Source: a virus
Direction: 5' to 3' (one strand)
Virus record (IMG/VR): IMGVR_UViG_3300050821_017216
Span: 55,900-119,899 of that record
Length of the DNA: 64,000 bases
Shown here: piece after piece, positions 37,587-46,551 of the stretch
How positions within the stretch are numbered: position 1 is the stretch's first letter
Layout: every line of letters starts with the position of its first letter
Notes under the pieces: model-generated
Databases searched by the model: none
Told to the model about the DNA's origin: nothing
What the model saw: only the letters and a program-made list of their open reading frames with translations
Program-made: the position numbers and the translations under genes

Positions 37587-37687
37587 GTCAAATCCCTCGC
37601 GCCAAGGTCCATGTTACGCGTGCGCCACGTAGTGGAATCTATCTTGCTTTCACCCTCGGCTCATTCGATTTCAATCGGTAGCCGTAG

Positions 37688-37718
37688 TCGGCATACTCCG
37701 GTATTCCCTGAGTAATAC
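37688..37718 (-). promoter_or_regulatory. Dispersed non-coding motif, copy 1
   Basis: GTATTACTCAGGGAATACCGGAGTATGCCGA on the minus strand. Confidence 0.7.
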
Positions 37719-37829
37719 CCAGTATCGACCCATTCGCTGCGGACACGATCGGGGTCGAAGATGGCGAGGCACGCGGAGGTGTCGTTCACGCCGAAACTCG
37801 CAACGATCCTGCAGCCATCCACTGAGTGA

Positions 37830-37857
37830 TTGACAACGGGTGACGGTGAGCTACCAT
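37830..37857 (+). promoter_or_regulatory. sigma70-like leaderless promoter
   Basis: TTGACA-16 nt-TACCAT, 7 nt before ATG 37865. Confidence 0.75.
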
Positions 37858-37864
37858 CTGAGTC

Positions 37865-38461
37865 ATGGAGAAGATCGCGTCGCTCGTCCTCGTCCTGTCG
37901 GTGGGGTGCGGCGGAGCCCCATTCACCGAAGCCGACCCCGCGCAGGGCGACGACGCGGGGCTGCGCGTCTCGGTGGACTCTCCGTCCGCTGACCCGGACG
38001 CGGGAGCCGTGGTCGGCGACGACGGAGACGCCGCGCGCGCGGTCGCGACACCGCCCGACGCGGGTGCGGGTGACGTAGACGCGAGCGGCACCGACGACGC
38101 GGCCGTCGTCGCCTCTGGCGACGCGAGCGACGTCGACTCTGCCCCCGCGTGCACTGGCGGGCAGGTGCGCTGCGCGAACAGCTCGCAGACACAGGTGTGC
38201 GGCCCGGACGGAGCGTGGCAGACCCCCGTCGACTGCGTCGACCAGACGTGCGCGTCAGGCGCCTGCGTCGGCATGTGCCAAGCCGGGCCGACCGCGTGCA
38301 AGACGGTGTCGGGCGTCGCTCAGACGCAGGTGTGCGACTCCACGGGGACATTGCAGGTCACCGAGTGCCCGGCGTGCGAGTACGGGTACGCGCCGTGCTG
38401 CGTCGAGAACAGCACCGACTGCGGGTGCCCTACCGCCGGCAACGCATCGTTCTGCTTGTGA
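37865..38461 (+). CDS. Myxobacterial-style Cys-rich lipoprotein (moron-like)
   Basis: LSVGC lipobox, DAG/DAS linker, CxxxxxxC repeats, opposite strand to neighbours. Confidence 0.75.
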   Translation: MEKIASLVLVLSVGCGGAPFTEADPAQGDDAGLRVSVDSPSADPDAGAVVGDDGDAARAVATPPDAGAGDVDASGTDDAAVVASGDASDVDSAPACTGGQVRCANSSQTQVCGPDGAWQTPVDCVDQTCASGACVGMCQAGPTACKTVSGVAQTQVCDSTGTLQVTECPACEYGYAPCCVENSTDCGCPTAGNASFCL

Positions 38462-38473
38462 ACGTGGAGGCGC

Positions 38474-38719
38474 TCAGTCCCCGATCGGGGTGATGTTGCG
38501 CAGGGAGATGGCGTGGATGCGCGAGCGAGAGCCGTTCGACCACCCGCTGTACTGCGGGTCGTAGTGCGGCGACAGGCTACTGTTGTTGACGTGCACGTTG
38601 TGGTTGTTGTGGTGCTCGCGGTAGACAGCGAGGTCGACGAGCGTCCGAGGGTGTCCAGACCCGTTGCCGTTCTGTTCACCCCCCGATTTCGCTTTCAGTG
38701 TCGTCAAACGGCGGCGCAT
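38474..38719 (-). CDS. Small Asn/His-rich hypothetical protein
   Basis: ATG at 38719, 81 aa. Confidence 0.45.
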   Translation of the reverse strand: MRRRLTTLKAKSGGEQNGNGSGHPRTLVDLAVYREHHNNHNVHVNNSSLSPHYDPQYSGWSNGSRSRIHAISLRNITPIGD

Positions 38720-38762
38720 GGTCTTGGTCCTTTCAGGTCGACAACTCGAGCGTACCAGATCT

Positions 38763-39038
38763 CTACTCGAGCGGCTCGCCGAGTAGCTGGATGAAGACCG
38801 CGTCGGCCAGCTGCGCGAGGAAGCTCGTCGCGCAGCCGACGACGAGGGCGTCGACGATCGGGCCGCGCCCGAAGGGCGCAAGCCCAAGCCCGCCCGCGGC
38901 GATCCCCACCCAGAAGCCAGTGCACTGACTGCAGTGCAGGAGCGCGGGCCAGAGCTTGCGGACCGGCCGGAAGATCGTCCCGCGCACGACGATGAGGGTC
39001 GCGCCGACGAGTGCTGCGAGTAAGAGGAAGGGCGTCAC
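38763..39038 (-). CDS. DUF1360-like membrane protein
   Basis: IFRPVR..LLHCSQCTGFWVG, three hydrophobic segments. Confidence 0.65.
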   Translation of the reverse strand: MTPFLLLAALVGATLIVVRGTIFRPVRKLWPALLHCSQCTGFWVGIAAGGLGLAPFGRGPIVDALVVGCATSFLAQLADAVFIQLLGEPLE

Positions 39039-39039
39039 C

Positions 39040-40269
39040 TCAGGTCAGTCCGCCGCCGCCGCCGGTCATGACCCAGTGGGTGCCGTTGTAGCGCACCTCG
39101 AAGTAGCCGCGGTTCGCCGAGGCGAGTGTACCGATCGTCGCTCCCGTGTCGTCCTCGAACGTCAGGTGGAAGCCGTTCGCGTCGGTCACGGTGCGCACGA
39201 CTCGCATCGTGTCGCCCACCTTCTCGCCACCGCCCAGCAGGAATTGGATGACGTGGTTCCCCGTGATGGCGGTGTTCTGGAAGTAGACGTTGCCACCGCC
39301 CGCCCACGCACCTGCTCCCGTCCCGTTCTCCGATAGCGTCGCGGCGACGTCCCCGATATTCGCGCCCTGGACAGGGCCGCCGTCGTACCCGCCCACGACC
39401 GTGACGATGAGACCCACCACGGTCCCGCCGGCACTGAGGAAGTTGCGCCAGGAGACGCCGTCGAACTGCGCGAAGGCGCCGGCCGGTCCGGTCAAGACCG
39501 GAGAATTGGCGAAGGCACACGAGGAGAACGCCGCCGAGGAACTGCCGGCCGTCCCGCCGACCGTGATGTTGTTGCCGAAGGTCGAAAAGACCCCGATGAT
39601 GGACTTTGCGTGGATCGCCCCCCCAACCCCTCCGACGGAGAGGGCCAGCTGGGCCGACGTCGTCCCGGTGCCGAGGTTGACCGCGCCGCTCCAGACGAGA
39701 CCACTGATCTCGAACGCCGCGAGCGCGGTGGCGCCCGTCGCGGTGATGGTCCCCGTGCCGACGACGCTCAGCAGGAACTCGTCGGCGGTGAGCGCGAACG
39801 TGCTCGGGACCGAGCCGTCGTCGGTGATCGTGATGTTGCCGACCAGGTTGATGTTGTGCAGGGTCGCCGTCGCGAGTGGCGACGGTGGGTGTGTGCCAGC
39901 ACCCGCCTCGTTGACCCAGGTGACGTTGCCGGTGATCGTCTGCGGCTGACCGTCCGACCGGAGCTCGGTGTTGCGGTACGGCGGGATCGCGAGCGGCTCC
40001 GCGTACCCAGCCTGCGAGGGGGTGACCTTGCCGACGACGAGCGCGTTGGCGTCGGCGACGCTCGACGAGGTCGCGAAGGCCGCGAGGAACTGGCTGGCCG
40101 TCTTGTACGGCTCCGCGACCGACCCGTCGAGCCCACCCTGCACCGTCCCCCCGTCGATGAACCGGTACCGGGTGAGCGGCACGATGCTGGCGCCCGACCC
40201 ACCTCCGGCACCCGGCGACTGCGGGTAGGTCTCGCGCGCAGTCCTGTTTCGGCCGATGAGATATCCCAT
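39040..40269 (-). CDS. Beta-helix-like structural protein with the IGRGR-type leader
   Basis: MGYLIGRNRTARETYP, DGSVAEPYKT. Confidence 0.8.
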   Translation of the reverse strand: MGYLIGRNRTARETYPQSPGAGGGSGASIVPLTRYRFIDGGTVQGGLDGSVAEPYKTASQFLAAFATSSSVADANALVVGKVTPSQAGYAEPLAIPPYRNTELRSDGQPQTITGNVTWVNEAGAGTHPPSPLATATLHNINLVGNITITDDGSVPSTFALTADEFLLSVVGTGTITATGATALAAFEISGLVWSGAVNLGTGTTSAQLALSVGGVGGAIHAKSIIGVFSTFGNNITVGGTAGSSSAAFSSCAFANSPVLTGPAGAFAQFDGVSWRNFLSAGGTVVGLIVTVVGGYDGGPVQGANIGDVAATLSENGTGAGAWAGGGNVYFQNTAITGNHVIQFLLGGGEKVGDTMRVVRTVTDANGFHLTFEDDTGATIGTLASANRGYFEVRYNGTHWVMTGGGGGLT

Positions 40270-40366
40270 TGTCGTTCTCCGTCCGCTCGAGTCATCGAGT
40301 CATCGAGCCACTTCGCCCGCACCGCACCCCGCCACCATCGACGGGGACGCTCGTCGCTCAACGCGG

Positions 40367-40930
40367 CTACGGAGCCGCTACCGCCCCCTCGTCCACGACG
40401 ATCGTCCCGTCCACGCTGTAGGTGGTCGTGTTGCTTCCCGAGCCAAGGACGAACGCGATCAGCACGGGCTCGCCGACGACCGCCTGCACCGGGACCGCCG
40501 CGACGGTCACCTCGAAGGCGGTGCCCGCCCCGAGCTCCGGCTCGAAGATGTTGGTCCCGCTCGTCGCCAGCGGCGTGGTCGACGTCGGCGTGACGGTGAT
40601 CCCGTTGAGCGGCGTGCCGACGATGGTGTCGCCACCGCTCACCCCCGTGACGGGCTGCACGAAGTAGCCCGCGATGCTCGGGGTGTCCGACGTGCTCGGG
40701 ACCATCTCGAAGTTGGCGCTCACCCGGAGGTTACCGCTCACCCTCGGTGTGATGACCACCGCGACGAGCACCTTGCCGGCCTCGGTCGGTGTGAAACCCG
40801 AGGCGATGGTCTGCCACCCGTTGGGTGTCTGCTGGTGCTGCGTGCTGTTGACGGCGCCCGCGTGCGCCGCCCGCAGGGCCGCCTCGTCGATGAGCGGGCG
40901 GAGCGCCTGGTTCACCTTCCGACCGTTCAC
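40367..40930 (-). CDS. Beta-sandwich structural-type protein
   Basis: GTG at 40930, T/V/G-rich. Confidence 0.7.
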   Translation of the reverse strand: MNGRKVNQALRPLIDEAALRAAHAGAVNSTQHQQTPNGWQTIASGFTPTEAGKVLVAVVITPRVSGNLRVSANFEMVPSTSDTPSIAGYFVQPVTGVSGGDTIVGTPLNGITVTPTSTTPLATSGTNIFEPELGAGTAFEVTVAAVPVQAVVGEPVLIAFVLGSGSNTTTYSVDGTIVVDEGAVAAP

Positions 40931-41127
40931 GGCTTCACCTCGCCGGCGAGGAGCGCCGCCAAGCGCTTCGCGACCTCGGGCCGCAGCTTGATGGTGCCGA
41001 CCGAGCCACCCTCGGTGTCGTCGTCGGTCAGCTCCGCGGAGCCGTCCGCGAAGACGCGGACGGTGGGGCAGCACTTTTTGTAGGAACACATCAGGACTTC
41101 CTCGTGGACCTTACGCAGCTGCGTCAT
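40927..41127 (-). CDS. Small hypothetical protein
   Basis: ATG at 41127 after GGAGG. Confidence 0.6.
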   Translation of the reverse strand: MTQLRKVHEEVLMCSYKKCCPTVRVFADGSAELTDDDTEGGSVGTIKLRPEVAKRLAALLAGEVKP

Positions 41128-41206
41128 GGTAACCTCCAGACGTTGAACAGCCCCGCGCCGTCTCACCGGCCGGGGCCTGGCTCGCACTCGTAGGAGGAGG
41201 CGAACG

Positions 41207-41878
41207 GTGGAAACGTATCACGCTTGTCTCACGTGCGGAGCTTCGCTCCGAGGGAAATACGGATTTCGAGGACCGCGAAAGTTCTGCGACAAGAGTTGCG
41301 CGCAGAGCTACAGGAACCGGCTCCGCGTTGTACGTATCGCACCGTTGCCTCCGGCCGAGCCGGGTGTGCGTTTCGTTCCGCTCACGCAGAGCGCATTCGC
41401 GAAAGTGGACGAGGGAGACTTCGCGGACCTGTCGCGCTGGAACTGGTACCTTTTCAAGAGTAGCGGCAGCCTGAAATATGCCGTACGAGGTCGAACGCTT
41501 GAAGAGCGGGCTGACGTCGGCCTGACCGGGTCCGTATCTATGCACCGATACCTGATGGGAGAACCTCAAGGGGAGGTCGACCACTGCAACGGTGACGGTC
41601 TTGACAACCGCAGAGAGAACCTCCGCCAAGCGACCCACGCTCAGAACATGATGAACGCACCAAGTCAAACCGGATCGTCTCGGTTCAAGGGTGTGTCGTG
41701 GAGCCGCAAGTATTGGCGCGCATCGATCCGTGACAACTACAAGACCGTTCACATCGGACGGTTCGACACCGAGGAGGAGGCCGCACGCGCCTACGACGAC
41801 GCCGCGCGTCGTCTGCATGGCGCATTCTCTCGCGTCAACTTCCCTAGGGAAGGTGAAAGATCCGCCCTGCGTGACTGA
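41207..41878 (+). mobile_element. HNH-AP2 homing endonuclease
   Basis: VDHCNGDGLDNRRENLR followed by AP2 SRFKGVSW..IGRFDTEEEAARAYD. Confidence 0.9.
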
Positions 41879-41947
41879 CTCCACAACCATCTCTCGTACG
41901 GCCTAGGTTATCACCTCGGTCCGTTGTGATGCAATCGTCAGGCCAAT

Positions 41948-41974
41948 GTAATACCCAGGACATACTGGAGTATG
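41948..41974 (+). promoter_or_regulatory. Dispersed non-coding motif, copy 2
   Basis: GTAATACCCAGGACATACTGGAGTATG, upstream of a TAGCGT -10 box and ATG 42003. Confidence 0.7.
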
Positions 41975-42002
41975 TCGTCAATTCCGTGGTAGCGTCCCCA
42001 CC

Positions 42003-42422
42003 ATGTTCGGAACAGGACTCGAGTTCGCGCCCGGAACGACGGAAGACTGCGAGCGCCTCGTCGTGCGGCTCTTTCAGGATCCCAAGGTGGTGCTCGGCGC
42101 GTACCGCGCAGCGCGCCAGCAGTTCCGGACCGGCGACATCGTCCTCGTGACCGCGGAGGACGATCCGTCCGGGTTCAAGGCGTCGCCGCGCGCGGACTAC
42201 GTCGCCACGCTCCGCCGCGGGCTCGGGTCGGGCGGCGCGAAGCTCCTCGAAGTCCTCGGGGTCGCGAACCAGTCGGCCCACCAGATCGTGAGCCTGCCGC
42301 GCGAGTCGGACGCCTTCTGGCTCATCGTCAACCGCAAGCAGGCGATCCCGATCATGGTCGTGCTCTTCGCCGCTCCCTACGCGGCGGGCGACGACGCGCA
42401 CGAGCCGACGATCCTGAGCTGA
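42003..42422 (+). CDS. Hypothetical protein
   Basis: 139 aa, GC3-biased. Confidence 0.75.
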   Translation: MFGTGLEFAPGTTEDCERLVVRLFQDPKVVLGAYRAARQQFRTGDIVLVTAEDDPSGFKASPRADYVATLRRGLGSGGAKLLEVLGVANQSAHQIVSLPRESDAFWLIVNRKQAIPIMVVLFAAPYAAGDDAHEPTILS

Positions 42423-42427
42423 TACTT

Positions 42428-42456
42428 TTGACGTTATATACGTCGCGTGTTATAAG
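42428..42456 (+). promoter_or_regulatory. sigma70-like leaderless promoter
   Basis: TTGACG-17 nt-TATAAG, 6 nt before ATG 42463. Confidence 0.65.
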
Positions 42457-42462
42457 GTAGCG

Positions 42463-43080
42463 ATGGCTGGCTCAGCGAGGCGCGCCGCCTACTTCACTGA
42501 AGTCATGGACGATCGGACCGAAGATCTGCGAGCGATGCTCGATATCCTGCGGGGTGTCGGGGCTACCTCCGTTCTCATCGGGGGACTAGCGGTAGGGTTC
42601 CACGGATACCAGCGAGCCACCGTCGACGTGGACATGCTGGTGCCCGTGCGATTCCTAAAGCGGATCGCTGCCGCTGCGCGCGAGCGCGGTTACGTAGTGC
42701 GGACGTTTCCAGGTATGGTACGCGTCTACCCGTACGAGGGCGACGAGTCGATCGCTGACTTCGTGTCAGCCGAAGCGAGTCCCGTCATGCGCGCCGCCTT
42801 TCGAGAGACCGAGGACGCGACCGTCTTGGGTCAATCGGTGGTCGTCGTGCAGCGCGGGCCGCTCTGCGCGTTGAAGTTCTCCGCGATCGTCTCGCCGGAC
42901 CGACCGATCGAGGACAAGTACCAGGACATCGCGGACGTGGGGCACCTCATCCGAGGCGGCCTATCCCCCGACGAGGAGGCGAGCGCTCGCCGCGTTGCGG
43001 CGCTGGCGTATCCCGGTGCGGGTGATGACTTCACCTCGCTGCTCGGTGACTTGCGGGCAGGGAGAGCGGTTAGGATCTGA
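42463..43080 (+). CDS. Minimal nucleotidyltransferase-family protein (paralogue of 29131)
   Basis: VLIGGLAVGFHGYQRATVDVD. Confidence 0.8.
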   Translation: MAGSARRAAYFTEVMDDRTEDLRAMLDILRGVGATSVLIGGLAVGFHGYQRATVDVDMLVPVRFLKRIAAAARERGYVVRTFPGMVRVYPYEGDESIADFVSAEASPVMRAAFRETEDATVLGQSVVVVQRGPLCALKFSAIVSPDRPIEDKYQDIADVGHLIRGGLSPDEEASARRVAALAYPGAGDDFTSLLGDLRAGRAVRI

Positions 43081-43364
43081 TGGGCAAGCGTAAGCGCTTC
43101 GCTCTGCGAGCTCTCCGTGCGGAACTAGGCAAAACGCAAACGGAGATCGCCTGCGCGGCGGCGATGGCTCAGGGTGAGGTCTCGAGACTCGAGTCGCGAC
43201 GCGACGTCAAGCTGTCGACCCTCGGTCGCTACGCTTCTGCGCTCGGTGGTGTGGTGGAGGTTGCCGTCGTCGTGGGGAAGCGTCGTTATCAGCTCGACCT
43301 AGACGTTACCCAGCCAAATACCGAGACGATCGCGGCCATGCGCGAAGCTGAAGGCTCTACCTAG
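43080..43364 (+). CDS. XRE-family HTH protein
   Basis: LRALRAELGKTQTEIA..QGEVSRLE..KLSTLGRYASALGG. Confidence 0.85.
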   Translation: MGKRKRFALRALRAELGKTQTEIACAAAMAQGEVSRLESRRDVKLSTLGRYASALGGVVEVAVVVGKRRYQLDLDVTQPNTETIAAMREAEGST

Positions 43365-43651
43365 GCGACGACGGTCCCGACGACGCCGCCGACGACCGCG
43401 GTGGCGACGAGCGGGCGCCAGTTGCGCCGCAGGCGCTGACCGGCGCCGACGAGGACGCCGGACCCCTCCCCGAAGAGGGCCGTCGCGGCGACGGCCGCGA
43501 CCGCGCTCATGGCCGCGCCGCCGAGGAAGGCGCCCACCTTGCCGGTCGGGAAGAGGCTCCCGCCCATGGCGGGCTTGACGAAGGTGCTCTGCGGCGCGAT
43601 CCCGACGCCGAACCCAACGGCCGGTCGGCCGCCCAGTCGTAGGTGCTCCAT
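43361..43651 (-). CDS. Small membrane protein with the GRP..FG[LV]G motif
   Basis: MEHLRLGGRPAVGFGVG, two hydrophobic helices. Confidence 0.7.
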   Translation of the reverse strand: MEHLRLGGRPAVGFGVGIAPQSTFVKPAMGGSLFPTGKVGAFLGGAAMSAVAAVAATALFGEGSGVLVGAGQRLRRNWRPLVATAVVGGVVGTVVA

Positions 43652-44295
43652 GCCGGTCAGCGTACGACGCTTCAGTCCTGCCGTCTACGCGGCTCGACTG
43701 CGAGCGACTGCCACCGCGACACCACCGACGACGACAACGACCGCGCCGCCGATGGCGAGCAGCGTAGGCCACGGCGACGGGACAGGCACGGTCGAGTCTA
43801 CCGGCGGCGCCGTCGCCGGCACCTGCGAAGGGCGACCACCACCCGACACGGGGATCGACGAAGCAGACGTCGGCAGCGACGCCGCGAGTTTGGATGCTTG
43901 CTGGTAGAAGGTGATCATCTGACCGATGATCGCCTTCGCGGCGTCCACGTCCGCCTGGGTGGCAGACCCCGAACTGTTGACGGCCGCGAGCTTGCCGTTC
44001 TGCTGCCACGCCCACTGCGTCATCTTCATGATGTCTGGACTGCCGCCGGACATGGCGTCGATGGCGGGACCCACGGCACCGACGGCGGCGTTGCCCGCGG
44101 CCTGCAGACCGGCGACCGCCCCGCTCGGGTTGGTGATCCCGGGACCGCCGTACTGCGCGACCGCGGCCTGAAGAGCCGCGATCCCAGGACCGATGGCGTC
44201 GGGAGCTCCCAACCCGAACCAGGGAACCGGTCGGCCACCGAACTGGAGGTTCATGCCGGTCATCGTACGGCGCTTCGGCTCTACCGTCTATGCGG
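43649..44295 (-). repeat. 44-nt duplicated promoter/start cassette (43649-43692, 44252-44295)
   Basis: 37/44 identical. Each reads TAGACG-17 nt-TACG(C/A)T-7 nt-ATG on the minus strand. Confidence 0.8.
43685..44254 (-). CDS. C-terminally anchored membrane protein with the motif
   Basis: MNLQFGGRPVPWFGLG, C-terminal TM. Start set by the duplicated cassette. Confidence 0.75.
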   Translation of the reverse strand: MNLQFGGRPVPWFGLGAPDAIGPGIAALQAAVAQYGGPGITNPSGAVAGLQAAGNAAVGAVGPAIDAMSGGSPDIMKMTQWAWQQNGKLAAVNSSGSATQADVDAAKAIIGQMITFYQQASKLAASLPTSASSIPVSGGGRPSQVPATAPPVDSTVPVPSPWPTLLAIGGAVVVVVGGVAVAVARSRAA

Positions 44296-44904
44296 TAGCG
44301 CCGCCGAGATCATCCGGGCGTACGGCGAGAGTACCGCGAGCACGACGACGCCGCCGACGGCGACACCGCCTACGATGAGCGCGGTCTTGTGCGCCTCGAT
44401 CCACTTGAGCAAGTCGAACGGGTTAGGGAGGTTTGACGGGTCCGTGGTCTTGTAGAAGGTCGAGTCCGCGTCGGACTGCAGCTGGTAAGGGAGGACGTAC
44501 GTAGGTTTCCAGCCCCCCGCGATGAGTCGGTTGCCGATGTCTTGTTTGCTCCCTCGGGTGACCTGATCGGCGACCGGCTGCAGCGCCGTGATGATGCCCT
44601 TGAAGGCCGCGTCCGTGCCCCCCGATACGGAGGTCGCCACCAGGCTGTCTGGCAGGAAAGAACTCCTACTGTCAGCGATGGCCTTGAGACCTGCGGCGCG
44701 CGCGGCCTGGTATGCCTTGTTGAGCGTTGCCCAGTCTTGTTGGATGCTCGGGTCGGTTGACTTCGCCACCTCGGTGGCCATCGCAGCCATCTCGACGTCC
44801 TTGTTCTTGATCAGCTGGTCGAGGTCCTCGACCGAGTAGACCCCGAGCACCGTACCGAGCGCGAACCCCTGGACCGGTCGACCGCCCCTGCAGATCGTAT
44901 CCAT
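44281..44904 (-). CDS. C-terminally anchored membrane protein with the motif
   Basis: MDTICRGGRPVQGFALG, TM ALIVGGVAVGGVVVLAVL. Confidence 0.75.
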   Translation of the reverse strand: MDTICRGGRPVQGFALGTVLGVYSVEDLDQLIKNKDVEMAAMATEVAKSTDPSIQQDWATLNKAYQAARAAGLKAIADSRSSFLPDSLVATSVSGGTDAAFKGIITALQPVADQVTRGSKQDIGNRLIAGGWKPTYVLPYQLQSDADSTFYKTTDPSNLPNPFDLLKWIEAHKTALIVGGVAVGGVVVLAVLSPYARMISAALPHRR

Positions 44905-45542
44905 CACCGCCGCCCCTTCCGCTTCTTGATCGCCCGCCAGATCTCGTCGAGCACCCAGCCGGTCACCGCGCCCGCGACGCTCATGACGACGGCCTCCTTC
45001 CATGGCGAGTGGCGCTCGTGCTCCTTAGGCGGATCCTTCGGAGCTTCCGCGCCGAGGCCCGCAGCCGCCTGCCCGCGCAGGAGCGCCGCCATCGCGCGCG
45101 CGGTGCGCTGCGTCGGCACGATCCCGCCGCCAGGCTCCGCGCAGCCGCCGCCCTCGACGAGCTCGTCCCCGCGCCCGGCGGCGATGAGCTGGTCCATCGC
45201 GGCGAGCTTCGCGCGGGCGTCCACCCAGGTCGGCGACCAGTGCGCGCCCACGCCGAGACTACCCTGCGTCTCGACGTCGCCGACCGCCTCGTATCGGACG
45301 GGCACCCCGTTGACCCGGTCGCCCACGATCATCCTGGCTATCGGGACGTGCTCGAGGCGCTGCACCTTGATGAGGATCGCGTCACCACCGCCCGGCGCGG
45401 ACGTGATCCCGACCCCTCGACCCCACGGCGGTCTGTCCAGGCGCACCCGTATTGAGTGCAGCGCCGCCTCGGCCTCGGACGGAGCGCCGAGCGCGAAGCC
45501 GACGACCGGTCGGCCGTTGCGGTGGACGGCGAAGCCCTGCAC
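44904..45542 (-). CDS. Membrane-associated protein with the motif
   Basis: VQGFAVHRNGRPVVGFALG, TAGGCT 7 nt before GTG 45542. Confidence 0.7.
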   Translation of the reverse strand: MQGFAVHRNGRPVVGFALGAPSEAEAALHSIRVRLDRPPWGRGVGITSAPGGGDAILIKVQRLEHVPIARMIVGDRVNGVPVRYEAVGDVETQGSLGVGAHWSPTWVDARAKLAAMDQLIAAGRGDELVEGGGCAEPGGGIVPTQRTARAMAALLRGQAAAGLGAEAPKDPPKEHERHSPWKEAVVMSVAGAVTGWVLDEIWRAIKKRKGRR

Positions 45543-45565
45543 GCGGCTCAGCCTACCACGGGTCG

Positions 45566-45757
45566 CTACGGGTCGGCGCCCGCACCCTTGGTGATCAGCG
45601 CCGCCTTGGCCTGGTACGCGTCCACCGCCCGGCGCGCGCGCTCGCCCGCCATCCCCCGGACGCTCCCCGGTTCGCGTAGCTCGCGGAGGATCGAGCGGGG
45701 GTCGACGTCGTGCGCGGCGGAGAGGCGGCGGAGGGTCGCGGAGGGGATCGCTGGCAT
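45566..45757 (-). CDS. Small helical (HTH-like) protein
   Basis: LRRLSAAHDVDPRSILREL. Confidence 0.5.
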   Translation of the reverse strand: MPAIPSATLRRLSAAHDVDPRSILRELREPGSVRGMAGERARRAVDAYQAKAALITKGAGADP

Positions 45758-45888
45758 GCTCTTCACCGTTATGTTCACACGGCGCAATCGCGATGTCCAC
45801 ATGGTGCATAGAATCGTGCACGGGCACCCGTCGATCGGTTGACTGGGTAGTTCGTAATACCGCAGTCTTCCCGGCGTAGGTCATAGGG

Positions 45889-46098
45889 ATGCCGTCGCGA
45901 GCCATCATCTATACGGAGATCGCGACCATCAAGCTGACGCCCGAGCAGCGCCGGCTCATCAGCCAGCGCGCGAAGAACTGCAACGTGCGGGTCAGCGTGT
46001 GGATGCGGTCGATCCTCCTGCAGGCCGCGCAGTCGGCTGCGAGGGGGTCGGGTGACGGTTACTTGCGGATCCGCGAACCAGACGGAGTGACGACCTAA
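45889..46098 (+). CDS. RHH-type regulator
   Basis: IKLTPEQRRLISQRAKNCNVRVSVWMRSILL. Confidence 0.65.
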   Translation: MPSRAIIYTEIATIKLTPEQRRLISQRAKNCNVRVSVWMRSILLQAAQSAARGSGDGYLRIREPDGVTT

Positions 46099-46551
46099 AT
46101 GGATCAAGCGCAACGTCACATGGCGGGGCTCGACCCCGAGCCGCGCACCATGGTGGACAACCGGGTGTGGTTCGGCAGCCGGCTCGCGCTCTGGCGCAGC
46201 AAGGTCGGCTGGGAGATCGCCGCCAAGCAGGCGGCCGAGATCGTCTCTCGCTGCTCTCACAAAGAGGGCTGCCCGGGCGAGTCGGTCGAGACCGAGCCGT
46301 GCCTACCCGGTTGCCCGGACCGCGAGATCCGGATGTCCGCGCTCGTTATCCTCAACGCCGCGCGCGACTTCACGCCGCCGAGCGCGAGCAAGCTCGCGCA
46401 GCAGCCGTACTCGGCGCCGAGCCGGGAGTATTTCTCGGCCGTCGTCGCGGAGCTCGCGGCCTGCCAGGCCGAGCTCCTCGTCCTGCGCGGGACCGTGGTC
46501 ACGATGCCACCCACCACCAACGAACCTCAACTCAAGGAGAAGTCCAAGTGA
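46099..46551 (+). CDS. Hypothetical protein
   Basis: 150 aa, GC3-biased. Confidence 0.7.
   Translation: MDQAQRHMAGLDPEPRTMVDNRVWFGSRLALWRSKVGWEIAAKQAAEIVSRCSHKEGCPGESVETEPCLPGCPDREIRMSALVILNAARDFTPPSASKLAQQPYSAPSREYFSAVVAELAACQAELLVLRGTVVTMPPTTNEPQLKEKSK

Noticed and set aside
3841-40269. Diversity-generating retroelement behind the variable spike ends or A-rich patches
   Set aside because: No reverse transcriptase and no template/variable repeat pair differing at adenines in this window
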